64,000 nucleotides of DNA from Candidatus Oxydemutator sp. (GTDB lineage: Bacteria > Pseudomonadota > Gammaproteobacteria > Poriferisulfidales > Oxydemutatoraceae). Each line of letters begins with the position of its first letter. The stretch's first letter is position 1. This document shows positions 38,522-51,644 of the stretch, one piece after another. The DNA lies in contig OZ241883.1 in NCBI GenBank assembly GCA_965203445.1, forward strand, positions 1,856,001-1,920,000, given 5' to 3'. The notes beneath the pieces are model-generated. The model was given only the letters and a program-made list of their open reading frames with translations, was not told the DNA's origin and did no database searches. Both the position numbers and the translations under genes were made by a program.

Positions 38522-39712
38522 ATGTCGAAAGAGAAATTTGAGAGGACGAAGCCGCACGTAAACGTAGGCACGATAGGCCACGTGGATCACGGCAAGACGA
38601 CGCTGACGGCGGCGCTGACGAAGGTGTTGTCGGAGAGTCAGGGCGGGGAGTATCGTTCGTATGATCAGATAGACAACGCGCCGGAGGAGCGCGAGCGAGG
38701 GATCACGATAGCGACGGCGCACGTGGAGTATGAGTCTGCGGGTCGTCATTACGCGCACGTGGACTGTCCGGGGCACGCGGACTACATCAAGAACATGATA
38801 ACGGGCGCGGCGCAGATGGACGGGGCGATATTGGTGGTGAGCGCGTCGGACGGACCGATGCCGCAGACGCGGGAGCACATATTGCTGGCGCGTCAGGTGG
38901 GGGTGCCGCACGTGGTGGTGTATTTGAACAAGGCGGACATGGTGGACGACAAGGAGTTGATGGAGTTGGTGGAGATGGAGGTGCGGGAGTTGCTGACGAG
39001 TTACGAGTTTCCGGGGGAGGAGGTACCGATAGTGTCGGGTTCGGCGCTGAAGGCGTTGGAGGGAGACGAGGGTGAGCACGGATCGGGTTCGATCATGAAG
39101 TTGGTGGGGGCGATGGATGAGTATATTCCGGAGCCGGAGCGGGCGGTGGACGGTGATTTTCTGATGCCGGTGGAGGACGTATTTTCGATTTCGGGCCGGG
39201 GCACGGTGGTGACGGGTCGTATAGAGCGTGGAGTGGTGAAGGTGGGAGACGAGGTGGGTATAGTGGGCGTGCGCGAGACGACGTCGACGACGTGCACGGG
39301 AGTGGAGATGTTCAGGAAGTTGTTGGACGAGGGACGCGCGGGGGACAACGTGGGGGTGTTGCTGCGCGGGACGAAGCGCGAGGAGGTGGAGCGGGGTCAG
39401 GTATTGTGCAAGCCGGGGTCGATCACGCCGCACGTGGAGTTTGAGTCGGAGGTGTACGTGTTGTCGAAGGAGGAGGGTGGTCGTCACACGCCGTTTTTCA
39501 AGGGTTATCGTCCGCAGTTTTATTTTCGGACGACGGACGTGACGGGCGAGGTGGAGTTGGAGTCGGGAGTGGAGATGGTGATGCCGGGGGACAACGTGAA
39601 GTTCAAGGTGAGGTTGATAGCGCCGATAGCGATGGACGAGGGACTGCGATTTGCGATCCGCGAGGGCGGGCGCACGGTCGGCGCCGGCGTCGTCACCAAG
39701 GTTATCCAATAG
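38522..39712 (+). CDS. tuf: Elongation factor Tu (str operon copy)
   Basis: Protein identical to 22428-23618 except the last residues (VIQ vs VLK). Confidence 0.99.
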   Translation: MSKEKFERTKPHVNVGTIGHVDHGKTTLTAALTKVLSESQGGEYRSYDQIDNAPEERERGITIATAHVEYESAGRHYAHVDCPGHADYIKNMITGAAQMDGAILVVSASDGPMPQTREHILLARQVGVPHVVVYLNKADMVDDKELMELVEMEVRELLTSYEFPGEEVPIVSGSALKALEGDEGEHGSGSIMKLVGAMDEYIPEPERAVDGDFLMPVEDVFSISGRGTVVTGRIERGVVKVGDEVGIVGVRETTSTTCTGVEMFRKLLDEGRAGDNVGVLLRGTKREEVERGQVLCKPGSITPHVEFESEVYVLSKEEGGRHTPFFKGYRPQFYFRTTDVTGEVELESGVEMVMPGDNVKFKVRLIAPIAMDEGLRFAIREGGRTVGAGVVTKVIQ

Positions 39713-39736
39713 GCGCACCGCGACGGGTATAGACGC

Positions 39737-40063
39737 ATGGCGCAGACCGACCAGACCAGCCAGAGTATCCGTATCCGCCTGAAGGCGTTCGACTATCGCC
39801 TGCTCGACAAGTCGGTGCGCGAGATTATCGAGACGGTCAAGCGCACCGGCGCCCGCATCAAGGGGCCGATTCCGCTACCGACGCGCATCGAGCGCTTTAC
39901 CGTGCTGATTTCTCCGCACGTGGACAAGGACGCGCGCGATCAGTACGAAATCCGCACCCACAAACGCATCATTGATATTCTCGACCCGACCGAAAAGACC
40001 GTGGACGCGCTGATGAAGCTCGATCTCGCGGCCGGCGTCAACGTGCAGATCAAACTGAGCTGA
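39737..40063 (+). CDS. rpsJ: 30S ribosomal protein S10
   Basis: [29 protein letters not shown]. Confidence 0.98.
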   Translation: MAQTDQTSQSIRIRLKAFDYRLLDKSVREIIETVKRTGARIKGPIPLPTRIERFTVLISPHVDKDARDQYEIRTHKRIIDILDPTEKTVDALMKLDLAAGVNVQIKLS

Positions 40064-40069
40064 GGGGGG

Positions 40070-40705
40070 ATGATGGCGCTCGGATTGATAGGCGAGAAGA
40101 TCGGGATGACGCGCGTATTTTCGGAGGATGGGCGCTCGCTGGCGGTCACCGTCGTGCACGCGCCGGTCAACCGCGTAGCGCAGGTCAAGACCGCCGCCAA
40201 AGACGGTTATCCGGCGATGCAACTGGTCGCCGGCGGGCGCAAGCCGTCGCGGGTATCGAAACCGCTGGCCGGCCATTTCAAGAAGGCCGGCGTCGAGGCC
40301 GGCGGCGTGATCCGCGAGTTTCGCGTCGGCGAGGACGAATTGAGGCAGGTCGGCGAGACCGTCGGCGTCGACATATTCGAGCCGGGGAGCATGGTCGAAG
40401 TGACCGGCACCAGTCGCGGCAAGGGGTTCGCCGGCGCCATCAAACGCCACCATTTCCGCAGTCAGGACGCGAGCCACGGCAACTCGCTGTCGCATCGTGC
40501 GCTGGGTTCGGTCGGCCAGTGTCAACTGCCGGGGCGCGTGTTCAAGGGCAAGAAAATGCCTGGACGCATGGGCGGCGTGCGCGTTACCACGCGCAACCTC
40601 GAGGTCGTGCGCGTGGACCTGGAGAGAAATCTGCTGCTGATCAAAGGCGCGATTGCCGGCAGCCGCGGCGGCACCGTCATCGTGAGGCGACGGCATGGAA
40701 CTTGA
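40070..40705 (+). CDS. rplC: 50S ribosomal protein L3
   Basis: [24 protein letters not shown]. Confidence 0.98.
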   Translation: MMALGLIGEKIGMTRVFSEDGRSLAVTVVHAPVNRVAQVKTAAKDGYPAMQLVAGGRKPSRVSKPLAGHFKKAGVEAGGVIREFRVGEDELRQVGETVGVDIFEPGSMVEVTGTSRGKGFAGAIKRHHFRSQDASHGNSLSHRALGSVGQCQLPGRVFKGKKMPGRMGGVRVTTRNLEVVRVDLERNLLLIKGAIAGSRGGTVIVRRRHGT

Positions 40706-41297
40706 ACTGGAGGGCGGAGGCACGATGCCGATATCCGAAGGCGTGTTCGACCGCCACTACAACGAGAGTCTTGTGCATCAGGCGCTGGTCGCGTTTCTCG
40801 CGGGCGCGCGCCGTGGCAGCAAGGCGCAGAAGAGCCGCGCCGACGCCGCCGGCGGCGGGCGCAAACCATGGCGCCAGAAAGGCACCGGCCACGCGCGCGT
40901 CGGCACCAACCGCAGCCCGCTGTGGCGTGGCGGCGGGCGCACCTTCGCGGCGCGTCCGCGCGACTTCGGCAGGAAGATCAACCGCAAGATGTACCGCGGC
41001 GCGCTGCGCTCGCTGCTGTCCGAGCTGTACCGGCGCGGCCATCTGCACGTGGTCGAGGAATGGAGCATTCCCGAACCCAGGACCAAACTGCTGGCGGCGA
41101 AGCTCAGGGCCTACGACTGGGATTCGGTGCTGATTGTGACCGCCGAATACGACGACAAGCTCATGCTCGCGGCCAACAACCTGCCGTACGTCGGCGTGTT
41201 GCCGGCGACGCGCCTCGATCCGGCCAACCTGCTGCGCTTCGGACACGTGCTGGTCACGCGCGCCGCGGTCCTCAAGATACAGGAGTGGCTCGCGTGA
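40695..41297 (+). CDS. rplD: 50S ribosomal protein L4
   Basis: [21 protein letters not shown]. Confidence 0.97.
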   Translation: MELELEGGGTMPISEGVFDRHYNESLVHQALVAFLAGARRGSKAQKSRADAAGGGRKPWRQKGTGHARVGTNRSPLWRGGGRTFAARPRDFGRKINRKMYRGALRSLLSELYRRGHLHVVEEWSIPEPRTKLLAAKLRAYDWDSVLIVTAEYDDKLMLAANNLPYVGVLPATRLDPANLLRFGHVLVTRAAVLKIQEWLA

Positions 41298-41599
41298 AAG
41301 TAACCTTGCCCGACGAGAGGCTGCACAAGGCGATCATCGCGCCGCACGTCTCCGAGAAAGCCACCAACGTCATGCGCGACAACCAGCACGTGTTCCGCGT
41401 GCTGCCCGACGCGACGCGCGCGCAAGTGCGCGCCGCGATCGAGAACGCCTTCGACGTCAAGGTCACAAAGGTCAACCTGGTGCGCGTCAGGGGCAAGCGC
41501 AAGGGTAGCGGGCGCAGCAGGGGGCGACGCGTGGACTGGAAGAAGGCCTACGTCACGCTGGCAGCCGGCAACAGCATCAACCTGACCGCGTCGGAATAA
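41294..41599 (+). CDS. rplW: 50S ribosomal protein L23
   Basis: [16 protein letters not shown]; GTG overlaps rplD stop. Confidence 0.96.
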   Translation: MKVTLPDERLHKAIIAPHVSEKATNVMRDNQHVFRVLPDATRAQVRAAIENAFDVKVTKVNLVRVRGKRKGSGRSRGRRVDWKKAYVTLAAGNSINLTASE

Positions 41600-41601
41600 C
41601 G

Positions 41602-42426
<825 letters not shown>

Positions 42427-42427
42427 C

Positions 42428-42709
42428 GTGGCCCGTTCATTGCGCAAAGGCCCGTTCGTGGACGACCACCTGATGAAAAAGGTGCAGACGGCGCTCGACT
42501 CGAACGACAAGAAACCGATAAAGACCTGGTCGCGGCGTTCGATGGTCGTGCCCGAGATGATCGGGCTTACCATCGCGGTACACAACGGGCGCGTCCACGT
42601 GCCGATCCACGTCAACGAGCAGATGGTCGGCCACAAGTTGGGCGAGTTCGCGCCGACGCGCACCTTCAAGCAACATTCCGGCGACCGCAAGGTCAAAGGC
42701 GTCAAGTGA
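42428..42709 (+). CDS. rpsS: 30S ribosomal protein S19
   Basis: [21 protein letters not shown]. Confidence 0.98.
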   Translation: MARSLRKGPFVDDHLMKKVQTALDSNDKKPIKTWSRRSMVVPEMIGLTIAVHNGRVHVPIHVNEQMVGHKLGEFAPTRTFKQHSGDRKVKGVK

Positions 42710-42720
42710 GCCGGACGACG

Positions 42721-43053
42721 ATGGAAGTTACCGCCAAATTGAGGGCCTGCCGGGTATCGGCGCGCAAATGCCGCCTGGTTGTAAATCGCGTGCGCGGACT
42801 TGCGGTCGGCGACGCGCTCGAACTGTTGCGCTTCGGGCGCACGCGCCCGGCGTTTTACGTGATGAAGGTTCTCAAATCCGCGATCGCGAACGCCGAGAAC
42901 AACGAGGGCGCCGACATAGACGAGCTGAGGATCAAAAGCATCACGGTGGACCAGGGGCCGACGATGAAGCGCTTTCGCGCGAGGGCCAAAGGGCGCGCGG
43001 CGAGCATCGCCAAGCGCACCAGCCACATCGCCCTGGTGCTGGGAGACGGCTGA
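42721..43053 (+). CDS. rplV: 50S ribosomal protein L22
   Basis: [21 protein letters not shown]; alternative GTG at 42706. Confidence 0.97.
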   Translation: MEVTAKLRACRVSARKCRLVVNRVRGLAVGDALELLRFGRTRPAFYVMKVLKSAIANAENNEGADIDELRIKSITVDQGPTMKRFRARAKGRAASIAKRTSHIALVLGDG

Positions 43054-43060
43054 GGACGCG

Positions 43061-43735
43061 ATGGGACAGAAAGTGCATCCGACGGGTTTCCGGCTGGGGA
43101 TTGCGACCGAATGGTCGTCGAAGTGGCTCGCCGAGCGCGGCGAATACACGCGCATATTGCACAGCGACCTTGAAATCCGCGCGTTTCTGCGACGCAAGCT
43201 CGCGCATGCGTCGGTCAGCCACGTCCAGATCGAGCGGCCGACGGACGCCGCGCGCATCGTCATACACACCGCGCGCCCGGGCATCGTCATCGGCAAGAGG
43301 GGCGCCGACATTGACGATCTGCGCCGCGAACTGGCGCGCTTGATGGGGCTGAATCTGGCGAACGTGCGCCTGAACATCGAGGAGGTGCGCAAACCGGAAA
43401 TGGACGCGACCCTGGTCGCCGAGAGCGTCGCCAAGCAGCTGGAAAGACGCATCATGTTCCGTCGCGCGATGAAACGCGCGGTGCAGAACGCGATGCGCTT
43501 AGGGGCCCTGGGTATCAAGATCGCGATCTCCGGACGCCTGAACGGCGCTGAGATCGCGCGTTCGGAATGGTACCACGAAGGGCGCGTGCCGTTGCATACG
43601 CTCAATGCGTTTATCGATTACGGTCTGGCCGAAGCCAAGACGACGTACGGCGTCATCGGTGTCAAGGTTTGGATCTACGAGGGCGACGTCGCCGGCGGAG
43701 CGGGGCGTTCCAGCGACAAGCGCGGTTTGATCTAG
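43061..43735 (+). CDS. rpsC: 30S ribosomal protein S3
   Basis: [29 protein letters not shown]. Confidence 0.98.
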   Translation: MGQKVHPTGFRLGIATEWSSKWLAERGEYTRILHSDLEIRAFLRRKLAHASVSHVQIERPTDAARIVIHTARPGIVIGKRGADIDDLRRELARLMGLNLANVRLNIEEVRKPEMDATLVAESVAKQLERRIMFRRAMKRAVQNAMRLGALGIKIAISGRLNGAEIARSEWYHEGRVPLHTLNAFIDYGLAEAKTTYGVIGVKVWIYEGDVAGGAGRSSDKRGLI

Positions 43736-43748
43736 GAGCGGTACGGTC

Positions 43749-44162
43749 ATGTTGCAACCCAAGAAAACCCGCTACAGGAAGCAGCACAAGGGCCGCAACC
43801 GCGGCCTGGCGCTGAACGGCAACAAGGTCAGCTTCGGCGAGTACGGCATGAAAGCGACCACGCGCGGGCGCGTCACCGCCCGCCAGATCGAGGCGGCGCG
43901 GCGCGCAATGACGCGCTACGTCAAGCGCGGCGGCAAGATATGGATACGCATTTTCCCGGACAAGCCGATCACGAAAAAGCCGCTCGAGGTCAGACAGGGG
44001 AAAGGCAAGGGCAACGTCGAGTACTGGGTCGCGCAGGTGCAGCCCGGCAGGATGCTCTATGAAATCGAGGGCGTCAGCGAGGACGTAGCGCGCGCCGCGT
44101 TCCGCCTGGCCGGCGCCAAGCTGGCGGTGCAGACGAGTTTCGTCGCCCGGGGCATCCTCTGA
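43749..44162 (+). CDS. rplP: 50S ribosomal protein L16
   Basis: [20 protein letters not shown]. Confidence 0.98.
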   Translation: MLQPKKTRYRKQHKGRNRGLALNGNKVSFGEYGMKATTRGRVTARQIEAARRAMTRYVKRGGKIWIRIFPDKPITKKPLEVRQGKGKGNVEYWVAQVQPGRMLYEIEGVSEDVARAAFRLAGAKLAVQTSFVARGIL

Positions 44163-44368
44163 TGAAGGCCGGGGAACTGAGACAAAAGGACGACGACGCG
44201 CTGCGGCGCGAACTGCTGGAGTTGTCCGAGGCGCGCTTCAAGCTCGGCTTGCAGGGACGCAGCCAGCAGACCAAGCATCCGCACCGCTTCCGCCGGATTC
44301 GCCGCGACCTCGCCAGGGTCAGGACGGTGCTGCGCGAGCGCCTGGGCGCGGCCGGGGAGACGAAGTGA
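44162..44368 (+). CDS. rpmC: 50S ribosomal protein L29
   Basis: [17 protein letters not shown]; synteny. Confidence 0.95.
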   Translation: MKAGELRQKDDDALRRELLELSEARFKLGLQGRSQQTKHPHRFRRIRRDLARVRTVLRERLGAAGETK

Positions 44369-44682
44369 ACGAGACGGTGAAGCCGGCGGAGTCGGGCGGA
44401 AACGACGCCGGTGCCGCCGCAAGGCGGCGCACGCTGACCGGCACGGTCGTAAGCGATCGCATGGACAAGACCGTCACGGTGCTGGTGCGGCGTCGTTTCC
44501 GGCATCCGATGTACGGCAAGTACGTGACGCGCACGACCAGGCTCAAGGCGCACGACGCGAGCAACGAATGTCGCGTCGGCGACGTGGTCGCGATCACGTC
44601 GTGTCGGCGCTTGGCGAAGTCCAAGTCGTGGCGTCTGTCGGAGATCGTCGAGCGGGCGCAGGATCGAGGGGGCGCGACGTGA
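44365..44682 (+). CDS. rpsQ: 30S ribosomal protein S17
   Basis: [22 protein letters not shown]. Confidence 0.97.
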   Translation: MNETVKPAESGGNDAGAAARRRTLTGTVVSDRMDKTVTVLVRRRFRHPMYGKYVTRTTRLKAHDASNECRVGDVVAITSCRRLAKSKSWRLSEIVERAQDRGGAT

Positions 44683-45047
44683 TACAGATGCAGACGCTGC
44701 TGGCCGTCGCCGACAACAGCGGCGCGCGCAAGGTGCAGTGCATCAAGGTGCTGGGCGGCTCGCGCCGGCGCTACGCCAATATCGGCGACGTCATCAAGGT
44801 CAGCGTCAAGGACGCGATCCCGCGCGGCCAGGTCAAGAAGGGCGAGGTGTACAACGCCGTGGTCGTGCGCACGCGCAAGGGCGTGCGCCGCGGCGACGGT
44901 TCGCTGATCCGCTTCGACGGCAACGCCGCGGTGCTGCTCAACAACCAGCTCCAGGCCGTCGGCACCCGTATCTTCGGTCCGGTGACGCGCGAGCTGCGCA
45001 CCGAGCGTTTCATGAAGATCATCTCGCTGGCGCCGGAGGTGTTGTAG
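44679..45047 (+). CDS. rplN: 50S ribosomal protein L14
   Basis: [25 protein letters not shown]; GTG overlaps rpsQ stop. Confidence 0.98.
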   Translation: MIQMQTLLAVADNSGARKVQCIKVLGGSRRRYANIGDVIKVSVKDAIPRGQVKKGEVYNAVVVRTRKGVRRGDGSLIRFDGNAAVLLNNQLQAVGTRIFGPVTRELRTERFMKIISLAPEVL

Positions 45048-45365
45048 GTGAACAAGATACGCAAGGGCGACGAGGTCGTCGTCATCAGCGGGCGCGACAA
45101 GGGGCGCCGCGGGCGCGTGCTGCGCGTGTCCACTACCGACGGCAAGGTGCTCGTCGAGAACGTCAACGTGGTCAAGAAAACCATGCGCCCGAATCCGAAC
45201 ACCGGCGAGGCCGGCGGCATCGTCGAGCAGGAGCGCATGCTGGACGTCTCGAACGTGCTGTTGTTCAATTCCGAAACGGGCAAGGGCGACCGCGTGGGTT
45301 TCAAAATCGGCGAGGACGGGCGCAAGGTGCGCTACTTCAAGTCCGACGGCAGGGAGGCGTCGTAA
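45048..45365 (+). CDS. rplX: 50S ribosomal protein L24
   Basis: [17 protein letters not shown]. Confidence 0.97.
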   Translation: MNKIRKGDEVVVISGRDKGRRGRVLRVSTTDGKVLVENVNVVKKTMRPNPNTGEAGGIVEQERMLDVSNVLLFNSETGKGDRVGFKIGEDGRKVRYFKSDGREAS

Positions 45366-45904
45366 TGGCGCAACTGGAACAAACGTACCGGCGCGAAATC
45401 GTGCCCCAGCTGATGCGCGAACTGGGACACAAGAACCCGATGCAGACGCCGCGCCTGGTCAAGATCACCCTGAACATGGGGCTGGGGGCCGCGGCCCGCG
45501 ACCGCAACGCGATGGCGGCCGCGATGGACGATCTGGCGCTGATCGCCGGCCAGCGGCCGTCGGTGACGCGCGCGCGCAAATCCATCGCTGGTTTCGGCAT
45601 ACGCGGCGGTTGGCCGGTCGGCTGCCGGGTGACGCTGCGCCGCGCCAGGATGTACGGTTTCTTCGAGCGCCTCGTGAACGTCGCGATACCCAGGATCAGG
45701 GATTTTCGCGGCTTGAGCCGCAAGTCGTTTGATGGACGCGGCAACTTCAGCCTCGGCATCGCCGAGCACATCGTATTCCCCGAAATCGACTACGACAAGA
45801 TCGAGCAGTTGCGCGGGCTGGACGTCGCGATCACGACCAGCACCGCGTCCGACGAGGAAGCGCGCCGTCTGTTGGCGGCCTTGCGCTTTCCCTTCAAGGA
45901 TTGA
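45365..45904 (+). CDS. rplE: 50S ribosomal protein L5
   Basis: [27 protein letters not shown]. Confidence 0.98.
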   Translation: MAQLEQTYRREIVPQLMRELGHKNPMQTPRLVKITLNMGLGAAARDRNAMAAAMDDLALIAGQRPSVTRARKSIAGFGIRGGWPVGCRVTLRRARMYGFFERLVNVAIPRIRDFRGLSRKSFDGRGNFSLGIAEHIVFPEIDYDKIEQLRGLDVAITTSTASDEEARRLLAALRFPFKD

Positions 45905-45923
45905 ACCAGCGGAGACTTACGGC

Positions 45924-46229
45924 ATGGCCAAGACGTGCATGATAGAGAGAGAAAAGAAGCGGCGCCAGACCGTCGCCAAGCTCGGCAAGAAGCGCTTGGC
46001 GTTGAAGGCCGCGCTGAAGAACCCCGCGGCCAGCCGCGAGGAGCGGATGGGAGTCATCGCGCGCCTGCAGAAGTTGCCGCGCAACGCGAGCCCGTGCCGT
46101 TTGCGCAACCGTTGTCGGATCACCGGCAGGGCCAAGGGTTATTACCGCAAGTTCGGCCTGGGCCGCAACAAGCTGCGCGAATACGCGATGCTCGGCTACA
46201 TTCCCGGGCTCGTCAAATCGAGTTGGTGA
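45924..46229 (+). CDS. rpsN: 30S ribosomal protein S14 (101-aa zinc-independent type)
   Basis: [20 protein letters not shown]. Confidence 0.97.
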   Translation: MAKTCMIEREKKRRQTVAKLGKKRLALKAALKNPAASREERMGVIARLQKLPRNASPCRLRNRCRITGRAKGYYRKFGLGRNKLREYAMLGYIPGLVKSSW

Positions 46230-46239
46230 GGGGCGCGCG

Positions 46240-46638
46240 ATGAGCATGAGCGATCCGGTGGCGGACATGCTGACGCGCATACGCAACGCGCAGCGGGCGC
46301 ACCTGCCCGAGGTGGCGATGCCGGCCTCGAAGATGAAGGCGGCGATCGCAAAGACGTTGCAGCGGGAGGGTTACATCGCCGGCCACCGCGAGCACGCCGA
46401 CGACGCCGGGCGCAAGCTGCTTACGATCACGCTGCGCTACTATGAAGGCAAACCGGTGATTTCGGCGATTCGGCGCGTCAGCACGCCCGGGCTGCGCGTC
46501 TATCGCAAGGGGGATCAACTGCCCGTGGTGCTCGGCGGCATGGGCACGGTGGTCGTGTCGACGTCGAAAGGCGTGATGAGCGGGCGCGAGGCCCAGGCCA
46601 CGGGACACGGCGGCGAGATCGTCTGTGAGGTCGAGTAG
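46240..46638 (+). CDS. rpsH: 30S ribosomal protein S8
   Basis: DPVADMLTRIRNA, STSKGVM, GGE. Confidence 0.98.
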   Translation: MSMSDPVADMLTRIRNAQRAHLPEVAMPASKMKAAIAKTLQREGYIAGHREHADDAGRKLLTITLRYYEGKPVISAIRRVSTPGLRVYRKGDQLPVVLGGMGTVVVSTSKGVMSGREAQATGHGGEIVCEVE

Positions 46639-46642
46639 CGGC

Positions 46643-47161
46643 ATGTCGAGAATCGCAAAAAAACCGGTTGCGATTCCGCGGGGCGTCGAGGTGCGCGTGG
46701 AGGAACGCGAGGTTCACGCGCAAGGCCCGCGCGGCGCGGGCAGCGTCTCGGTGCACCAAAGCGTCGGCTTCGAACGGCACGACGACCGTATCGAATTTAC
46801 CGCCGCCGACGCGGCCATGGGCGGCACGATGCGCGCGCTCGTGGCCAACCTGATGACCGGCGTAAGCCGCGGCTTCGAACGCAGGCTCGAGCTGGCCGGC
46901 GTCGGCTTTCGCGCGCAGGTCAAGGGCGACGTGCTGAACCTGCAAATCGGTTATTCGCACCCGGTCGACTACAGGATAGACGAGGCCGTCGTCGTAGAGA
47001 CGCCGAGCGCGACCGAGATCGTCGTCACAGGCGTGGACAAGCAGAAGGTCGGCCAAGTGGCCGCCGAGATCCGCGGTTTGCGCCCGCCCGAACCCTACAA
47101 GGGCAAAGGCGTGTGCTACAGCGGAGAGCGCATCCGCCGCAAGGACGCGAAGAAGAAATAA
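46643..47161 (+). CDS. rplF: 50S ribosomal protein L6
   Basis: [19 protein letters not shown]. Confidence 0.98.
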   Translation: MSRIAKKPVAIPRGVEVRVEEREVHAQGPRGAGSVSVHQSVGFERHDDRIEFTAADAAMGGTMRALVANLMTGVSRGFERRLELAGVGFRAQVKGDVLNLQIGYSHPVDYRIDEAVVVETPSATEIVVTGVDKQKVGQVAAEIRGLRPPEPYKGKGVCYSGERIRRKDAKKK

Positions 47162-47188
47162 CGTGAACCGAAGAAATAACGTGAACCG
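47153..47188 (+). repeat. Perfect 18-bp tandem duplication spanning rplF stop and rplR start
   Basis: aagaaataacgtgaaccg at 47153-47170 and 47171-47188. Confidence 0.9.
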
Positions 47189-47525
47189 CAAGACCGCCAG
47201 ATTGAGACGCGCGCGCAAGACCAGAAGCCGCGCGCGGCGTCGCGCCGTGCACCGCCTGTGCGTGCACCGCACGCCGCGTCACATCTACGCCCAGATCATC
47301 GCGCCGGACGGCGCCGGCACGCTGGCTTCGGCCTCGACGCTGGAGAAAAACATGGTCGCGCCCGGAGGCCGCAAGCAAGCGGCGAGCCGCGTCGGCGCCG
47401 CGATCGCCGAGCGCGCCCTGGCGAAGGGCGTCACCAAGGTGGCTTTTGATCGCTCGGGCTTTCGGTATCATGGGCGCATCAAGGCCCTGGCCGAAGCCGC
47501 GCGCGGCGGCGGCCTCGCCTTATAA
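47163..47525 (+). CDS. rplR: 50S ribosomal protein L18
   Basis: [18 protein letters not shown]; second in-frame GTG at 47181. Confidence 0.97.
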   Translation: MNRRNNVNRKTARLRRARKTRSRARRRAVHRLCVHRTPRHIYAQIIAPDGAGTLASASTLEKNMVAPGGRKQAASRVGAAIAERALAKGVTKVAFDRSGFRYHGRIKALAEAARGGGLAL

Positions 47526-47539
47526 ATCTGGAGCAGACG

Positions 47540-48046
47540 ATGTCAAACGTCGAAAAAGCGGAATTGACCGACGGCCTGCTTGAGAAGCTGGTCACCATCA
47601 ATCGCGTCGCGAAGGTCGTCAAGGGCGGGCGCCAATTCGGCTTTACCGCGTTGACCGTCGTCGGCGACGGCAACGGCAAAGCCGGCATCGGCTACGGCAA
47701 GGCGCGCGAGGTGCCCGTCGCGATACAAAAGGCGATGGAGATCGCGCGCAAGCAGATGGTCGAAATATCGCTTGACAACGGCACGCTCTACTACCCGTTG
47801 ATCGGCAGGCACGGCGCTTCCAGGGTCTATATGTCGCCGGCTTCCGAGGGCACCGGTATTATCGCCGGCGGCCCGATGCGCGCCGTGTTCGAGGTGCTGG
47901 GCGTGCACAACGTGCTTGCCAAGTGCCTGGGGTCGAGGAATCCGATCAACGTGGTCAACGCGACTTTCGAGGGATTGCAGAGCATGCAGTCGCCGCACCG
48001 GATCGCCGCCAAGCGCGGCAAGAACGTCGAGGAGCTGAGGCAATGA
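47540..48046 (+). CDS. rpsE: 30S ribosomal protein S5
   Basis: [19 protein letters not shown]. Confidence 0.98.
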   Translation: MSNVEKAELTDGLLEKLVTINRVAKVVKGGRQFGFTALTVVGDGNGKAGIGYGKAREVPVAIQKAMEIARKQMVEISLDNGTLYYPLIGRHGASRVYMSPASEGTGIIAGGPMRAVFEVLGVHNVLAKCLGSRNPINVVNATFEGLQSMQSPHRIAAKRGKNVEELRQ

Positions 48047-48231
48047 GCGCAAAACGCCTCAGGGTGACGCTGGTCAGAAGCGCGGCCGGGCGCCTGCGCG
48101 CGCACAAGGCGTGCGCCGCGGGGCTAGGCCTGCGGCGCACCGGCAGCAGCGCGCTCGTCGCCGACACTCCCGAGAACCGCGGCATGATCGCCAAAATATC
48201 GTATCTGCTGGAGGTCGAGGAGCATGCGTGA
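48043..48231 (+). CDS. rpmD: 50S ribosomal protein L30
   Basis: [19 protein letters not shown]. Confidence 0.95.
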   Translation: MSAKRLRVTLVRSAAGRLRAHKACAAGLGLRRTGSSALVADTPENRGMIAKISYLLEVEEHA

Positions 48232-48688
48232 GCGGCTGCCCGAAGGTCTGCGTCGCGGCCTCGACTTGAACGAGGTAGAGCGCGGCTATTGGCGCGCCTC
48301 GCGCAAGCGCGTCGGGCGCGGCAACGGTTCCGGGCGCGGCACCACGTGCGGGCGCGGCAGCAAGGGCCAGAAGTCCCGTTCCGGCGGCTACCACAAAGTT
48401 GGCTTCGAGGGCGGCCAGATGCCGTTGCAGCGGCGCCTGCCGAAAATCGGTTTTCGTTCGAGGAACAAGGACGACGGCGGCGAAGTGCGCCTCGACCGCC
48501 TGGAGGCCGCCGCCGGCGACCTCTTCGACCTCCAGACGTTGATCGACAAGAAGCTCGCGCCGCGTCGCGCCAAGCGCGTCAAGATCATCGCCTCGGGCCA
48601 GATCAAGCGCGCCGTTACCGTGCGCGGCGTCGCCGTGAGCGCGGGCGCGCGCAAGGCGATAGAGGCCGTCGGCGGCAAGGTCGAGTAG
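48224..48688 (+). CDS. rplO: 50S ribosomal protein L15
   Basis: [24 protein letters not shown]. Confidence 0.97.
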   Translation: MRERLPEGLRRGLDLNEVERGYWRASRKRVGRGNGSGRGTTCGRGSKGQKSRSGGYHKVGFEGGQMPLQRRLPKIGFRSRNKDDGGEVRLDRLEAAAGDLFDLQTLIDKKLAPRRAKRVKIIASGQIKRAVTVRGVAVSAGARKAIEAVGGKVE

Positions 48689-48692
48689 AACG

Positions 48693-50021
48693 ATGGCGGC
48701 TACGGCTTCGAGCATTGCCAGCATGGCGAATACGGGACGCTTCACCGAGCTGCGCAAGCGCATCGGCTTTGTGCTGATGGCGCTGGTGATCTTTCGTCTG
48801 GGTAGCTTTATTCCGGTGCCCGGCGTGGATCCGGTGCAGATGGCGCAGTTCTTCGAGCAGCAGAGCGGCACGATACTGGCGATGTTCAACATGTTCTCCG
48901 GCGGCGCGCTCGAGCGGCTCAGCGTCTTCGCCCTCGGCGTGATGCCGTACATCTCCGCGGCCATCATCATGCAGTTGATGACCGCGATCGTGCCGACGCT
49001 GAAGGAGCTGAAGAAGGAAGGCGAGCAGGGACGCCGCACGATCATGAAATACACCCGCTACGGCACCGTCGCCCTGGCGACGTTCCAGGCCGTCGGCGTG
49101 GCCGTCGCGCTGCAAGGACAGAACGTCGCGTACATCGCGGGCCCGACCTTCATCCTGACCGCGGCCATCTCGCTGGTGACCGGCACGATGTTCCTGATGT
49201 GGCTGGGCGAACAGATCAACGAGCGTGGCATCGGCAACGGCATATCCATCATCATCTTCGCCGGTATCGTCGCCGGCCTGCCGTCGGCGGCCGGCGGTAC
49301 GCTCGAGCTGGCGAACACCGGCGAATTGTCGGCGCCGCTGGTGATGCTGATTTTAGGGCTTGCCGTCGGCGTGACCGCCTTTGTCGTGTTTGTCGAAAAG
49401 GGCCAGCGCCGTCTGATAGTCAACTACGCCAGACGCCAGCAGGGACAGAGAATCTACGCCGCGCCGTCGAGCCACCTGCCGCTGAAGCTGAACATGGCGG
49501 GCGTCATCCCGCCGATCTTCGCGTCGAGCATCATCCTGTTTCCGGCGACGCTGGGACAATGGTTCGGGCGCACCGAGGGCATGGGTTGGCTGGGCCAGAT
49601 TTCCAACACGCTGGCGCCGGGGCAACCGCTGTACATTGCGTTCTACGCGCTGGCCATCGTCTTCTTCTGCTTTTTCTACACCGCCATCGTGTTCGACGCG
49701 CACGACACCGCCGATAACCTGAAGCGCGGCGGTGCCTTCATCCCCGGCATTCGCCCCGGCAACCAGACCGCCTTTTACATCGACCGCGTGCTGAGCCGGC
49801 TGACGGTGATGGGAGCGGTGTACATCACGCTGGTGTGCCTGCTGCCGGAGTTTTTGATACTGTCGTGGAACGTGCCGTTTTATTTCGGCGGCACCTCGCT
49901 GCTGATCATCGTCGTCGTGATCATGGATTTCATGGCGCAGGTGCAGAATCAGCTGTTGTCGCAGCAGTACGAGGGTCTGCTGAAGAAGGCCAACCTGAAG
50001 GGCATGAGACGGCGCCAATAA
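48693..50021 (+). CDS. secY: Preprotein translocase subunit SecY
   Basis: [37 protein letters not shown]. Confidence 0.99.
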   Translation: MAATASSIASMANTGRFTELRKRIGFVLMALVIFRLGSFIPVPGVDPVQMAQFFEQQSGTILAMFNMFSGGALERLSVFALGVMPYISAAIIMQLMTAIVPTLKELKKEGEQGRRTIMKYTRYGTVALATFQAVGVAVALQGQNVAYIAGPTFILTAAISLVTGTMFLMWLGEQINERGIGNGISIIIFAGIVAGLPSAAGGTLELANTGELSAPLVMLILGLAVGVTAFVVFVEKGQRRLIVNYARRQQGQRIYAAPSSHLPLKLNMAGVIPPIFASSIILFPATLGQWFGRTEGMGWLGQISNTLAPGQPLYIAFYALAIVFFCFFYTAIVFDAHDTADNLKRGGAFIPGIRPGNQTAFYIDRVLSRLTVMGAVYITLVCLLPEFLILSWNVPFYFGGTSLLIIVVVIMDFMAQVQNQLLSQQYEGLLKKANLKGMRRRQ

Positions 50022-50038
50022 GTTCGCGGGAGACGATT

Positions 50039-50152
50039 ATGAAAGTCAGAGCCTCGGTCAAGCGCATTTGCCGCAACTGCAAGCTGGTACGGCGCAAGGG
50101 CGTCGTGCGGGTAATCTGCACCGACCCTCGTCACAAACAACGCCAGGGTTGA
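50039..50152 (+). CDS. rpmJ: 50S ribosomal protein L36 (zinc-binding type)
   Basis: [23 protein letters not shown]. Confidence 0.98.
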   Translation: MKVRASVKRICRNCKLVRRKGVVRVICTDPRHKQRQG

Positions 50153-50203
50153 TGCGCCTGCGTACTCCCCATCCGAGGTGGCGGCGACGGCCACCGCCCG
50201 ACG

Positions 50204-50212
50204 TGCTACAAT
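50204..50212 (+). promoter_or_regulatory. Extended -10 promoter of the alpha operon
   Basis: TGcTACAAT ending 21 nt before rpsM ATG. Confidence 0.55.
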
Positions 50213-50233
50213 AACGGGCTTTGAGTTACTTAG

Positions 50234-50590
50234 ATGGCACGTATCGCAGGCATCAACGTTCCCGACCGCAAGCACGCCGAGATTGCCCTCACCGGCATTT
50301 TCGGCATCGGCAGAAATCTTGCCCGTAAGATTTGCGAACAGAGCGGCGTGGACGCCGCTGCGCGCATCAAGGACCTGGCCAACGAGGACCTGGAGAAATT
50401 GCGCGGCGCGGTGGCGCAATACGCGGTCGAGGGCGACCTGCGGCGCGAGATCAACTTGAACGTCAAACGTCTCAAGGATCTTGGCTGTTACCGAGGCATC
50501 CGCCACCGCCAAGGCCTGCCGGTGCACGGACAGAGAACCCGCACCAACGCGCGCTGCCGCAAGGGGCCGCGCCGCCTGATCAAGAAATAA
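50234..50590 (+). CDS. rpsM: 30S ribosomal protein S13
   Basis: [24 protein letters not shown]. Confidence 0.98.
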   Translation: MARIAGINVPDRKHAEIALTGIFGIGRNLARKICEQSGVDAAARIKDLANEDLEKLRGAVAQYAVEGDLRREINLNVKRLKDLGCYRGIRHRQGLPVHGQRTRTNARCRKGPRRLIKK

Positions 50591-50600
50591 GAGACGAGCC

Positions 50601-50990
50601 ATGGCAAAGACAGCGACGCGTAGCCGCAAGAAAGCGAAGAAAAACGTTCCCGACGGCATCGCCCACATCAGCTCGTCGTTCAACAACACCGTGATTACGA
50701 TCACGGACGCGCAGGGCAACGCCCTGTGCTGGTCGAGCGCGGGCGCCGCCGGCTTTCGGGGGTCTCGCAAAAGCACGCCGTTTGCGGCGCAGGTCGCGGC
50801 CGGCAAGGCCGGACAGGCGGCGTTGGAGCACGGCGTCAAAAACCTCGAGGTCAACGTGCGCGGGCCCGGACCCGGGCGCGAGTCGGCGATTCGCGCGCTG
50901 CACGCCGCCGGCTTCAAAATTACCCGCGTGATGGATACGACGCCGTTGCCGCACAACGGTTGCCGCCCGTCGAAGAAACGCAGGATCTGA
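50601..50990 (+). CDS. rpsK: 30S ribosomal protein S11
   Basis: [22 protein letters not shown]. Confidence 0.98.
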   Translation: MAKTATRSRKKAKKNVPDGIAHISSSFNNTVITITDAQGNALCWSSAGAAGFRGSRKSTPFAAQVAAGKAGQAALEHGVKNLEVNVRGPGPGRESAIRALHAAGFKITRVMDTTPLPHNGCRPSKKRRI

Positions 50991-50999
50991 GGCGCGACC

Positions 51000-51620
51000 G
51001 TGGCGCGGTATCGCAAGTCCACCTGTAAGTTGAGCCGGCGCGAGGGCACCGACCTGATGTTGAAAGGTCGCGCCCGCTCGCTCGAGGAGAAATGCAACAT
51101 GGCGAAACTGCCGGGGCAGCACGGCGACCGTCGCCCGCGGCTGTCCGACTACGGCCTGCAGTTGCGCGAGAAACAGAAGCTGCGTCGCATGTACGGCGTG
51201 CTCGAACGTCAGTTCCGCAACTACTACCGCAAGGCCGCGGCGCAACGCGGTTCCACCGGCGAGAACTTGCTGCAAATGCTGGAAGGTCGGCTTGACAACG
51301 TCGTCTATCGGATGGGTTTCGGCGTGACCCGCGCCGAATGTCGCCAGTTGATCAGCCACAAGGCGATTGCCGTCAACGACCGCGTCGTCAACGTGCCCTC
51401 GTACCAGGTGCAGCCGTCCGACGTCGTCTCAATCGCGACGCGCGCCAAGCAGCAGCTGCGCGTGCAAGAGGCGCTGCACGTCGCCGAGCAGATCGGTTTT
51501 GCCGATTGGGTCGAAGTGGACGTGAAGAATATGACCGGAACGTTCAAGAGCCGTCCGGAGCGCTCCGAACTGCCTCCGGAAATCAACGAATCCCTTGTCG
51601 TTGAGCTGTATTCCAAATAA
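51000..51620 (+). CDS. rpsD: 30S ribosomal protein S4
   Basis: [24 protein letters not shown]. Confidence 0.98.
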   Translation: MARYRKSTCKLSRREGTDLMLKGRARSLEEKCNMAKLPGQHGDRRPRLSDYGLQLREKQKLRRMYGVLERQFRNYYRKAAAQRGSTGENLLQMLEGRLDNVVYRMGFGVTRAECRQLISHKAIAVNDRVVNVPSYQVQPSDVVSIATRAKQQLRVQEALHVAEQIGFADWVEVDVKNMTGTFKSRPERSELPPEINESLVVELYSK

Positions 51621-51644
51621 GCCGGGCAATTCGGGAGAGGGGTT

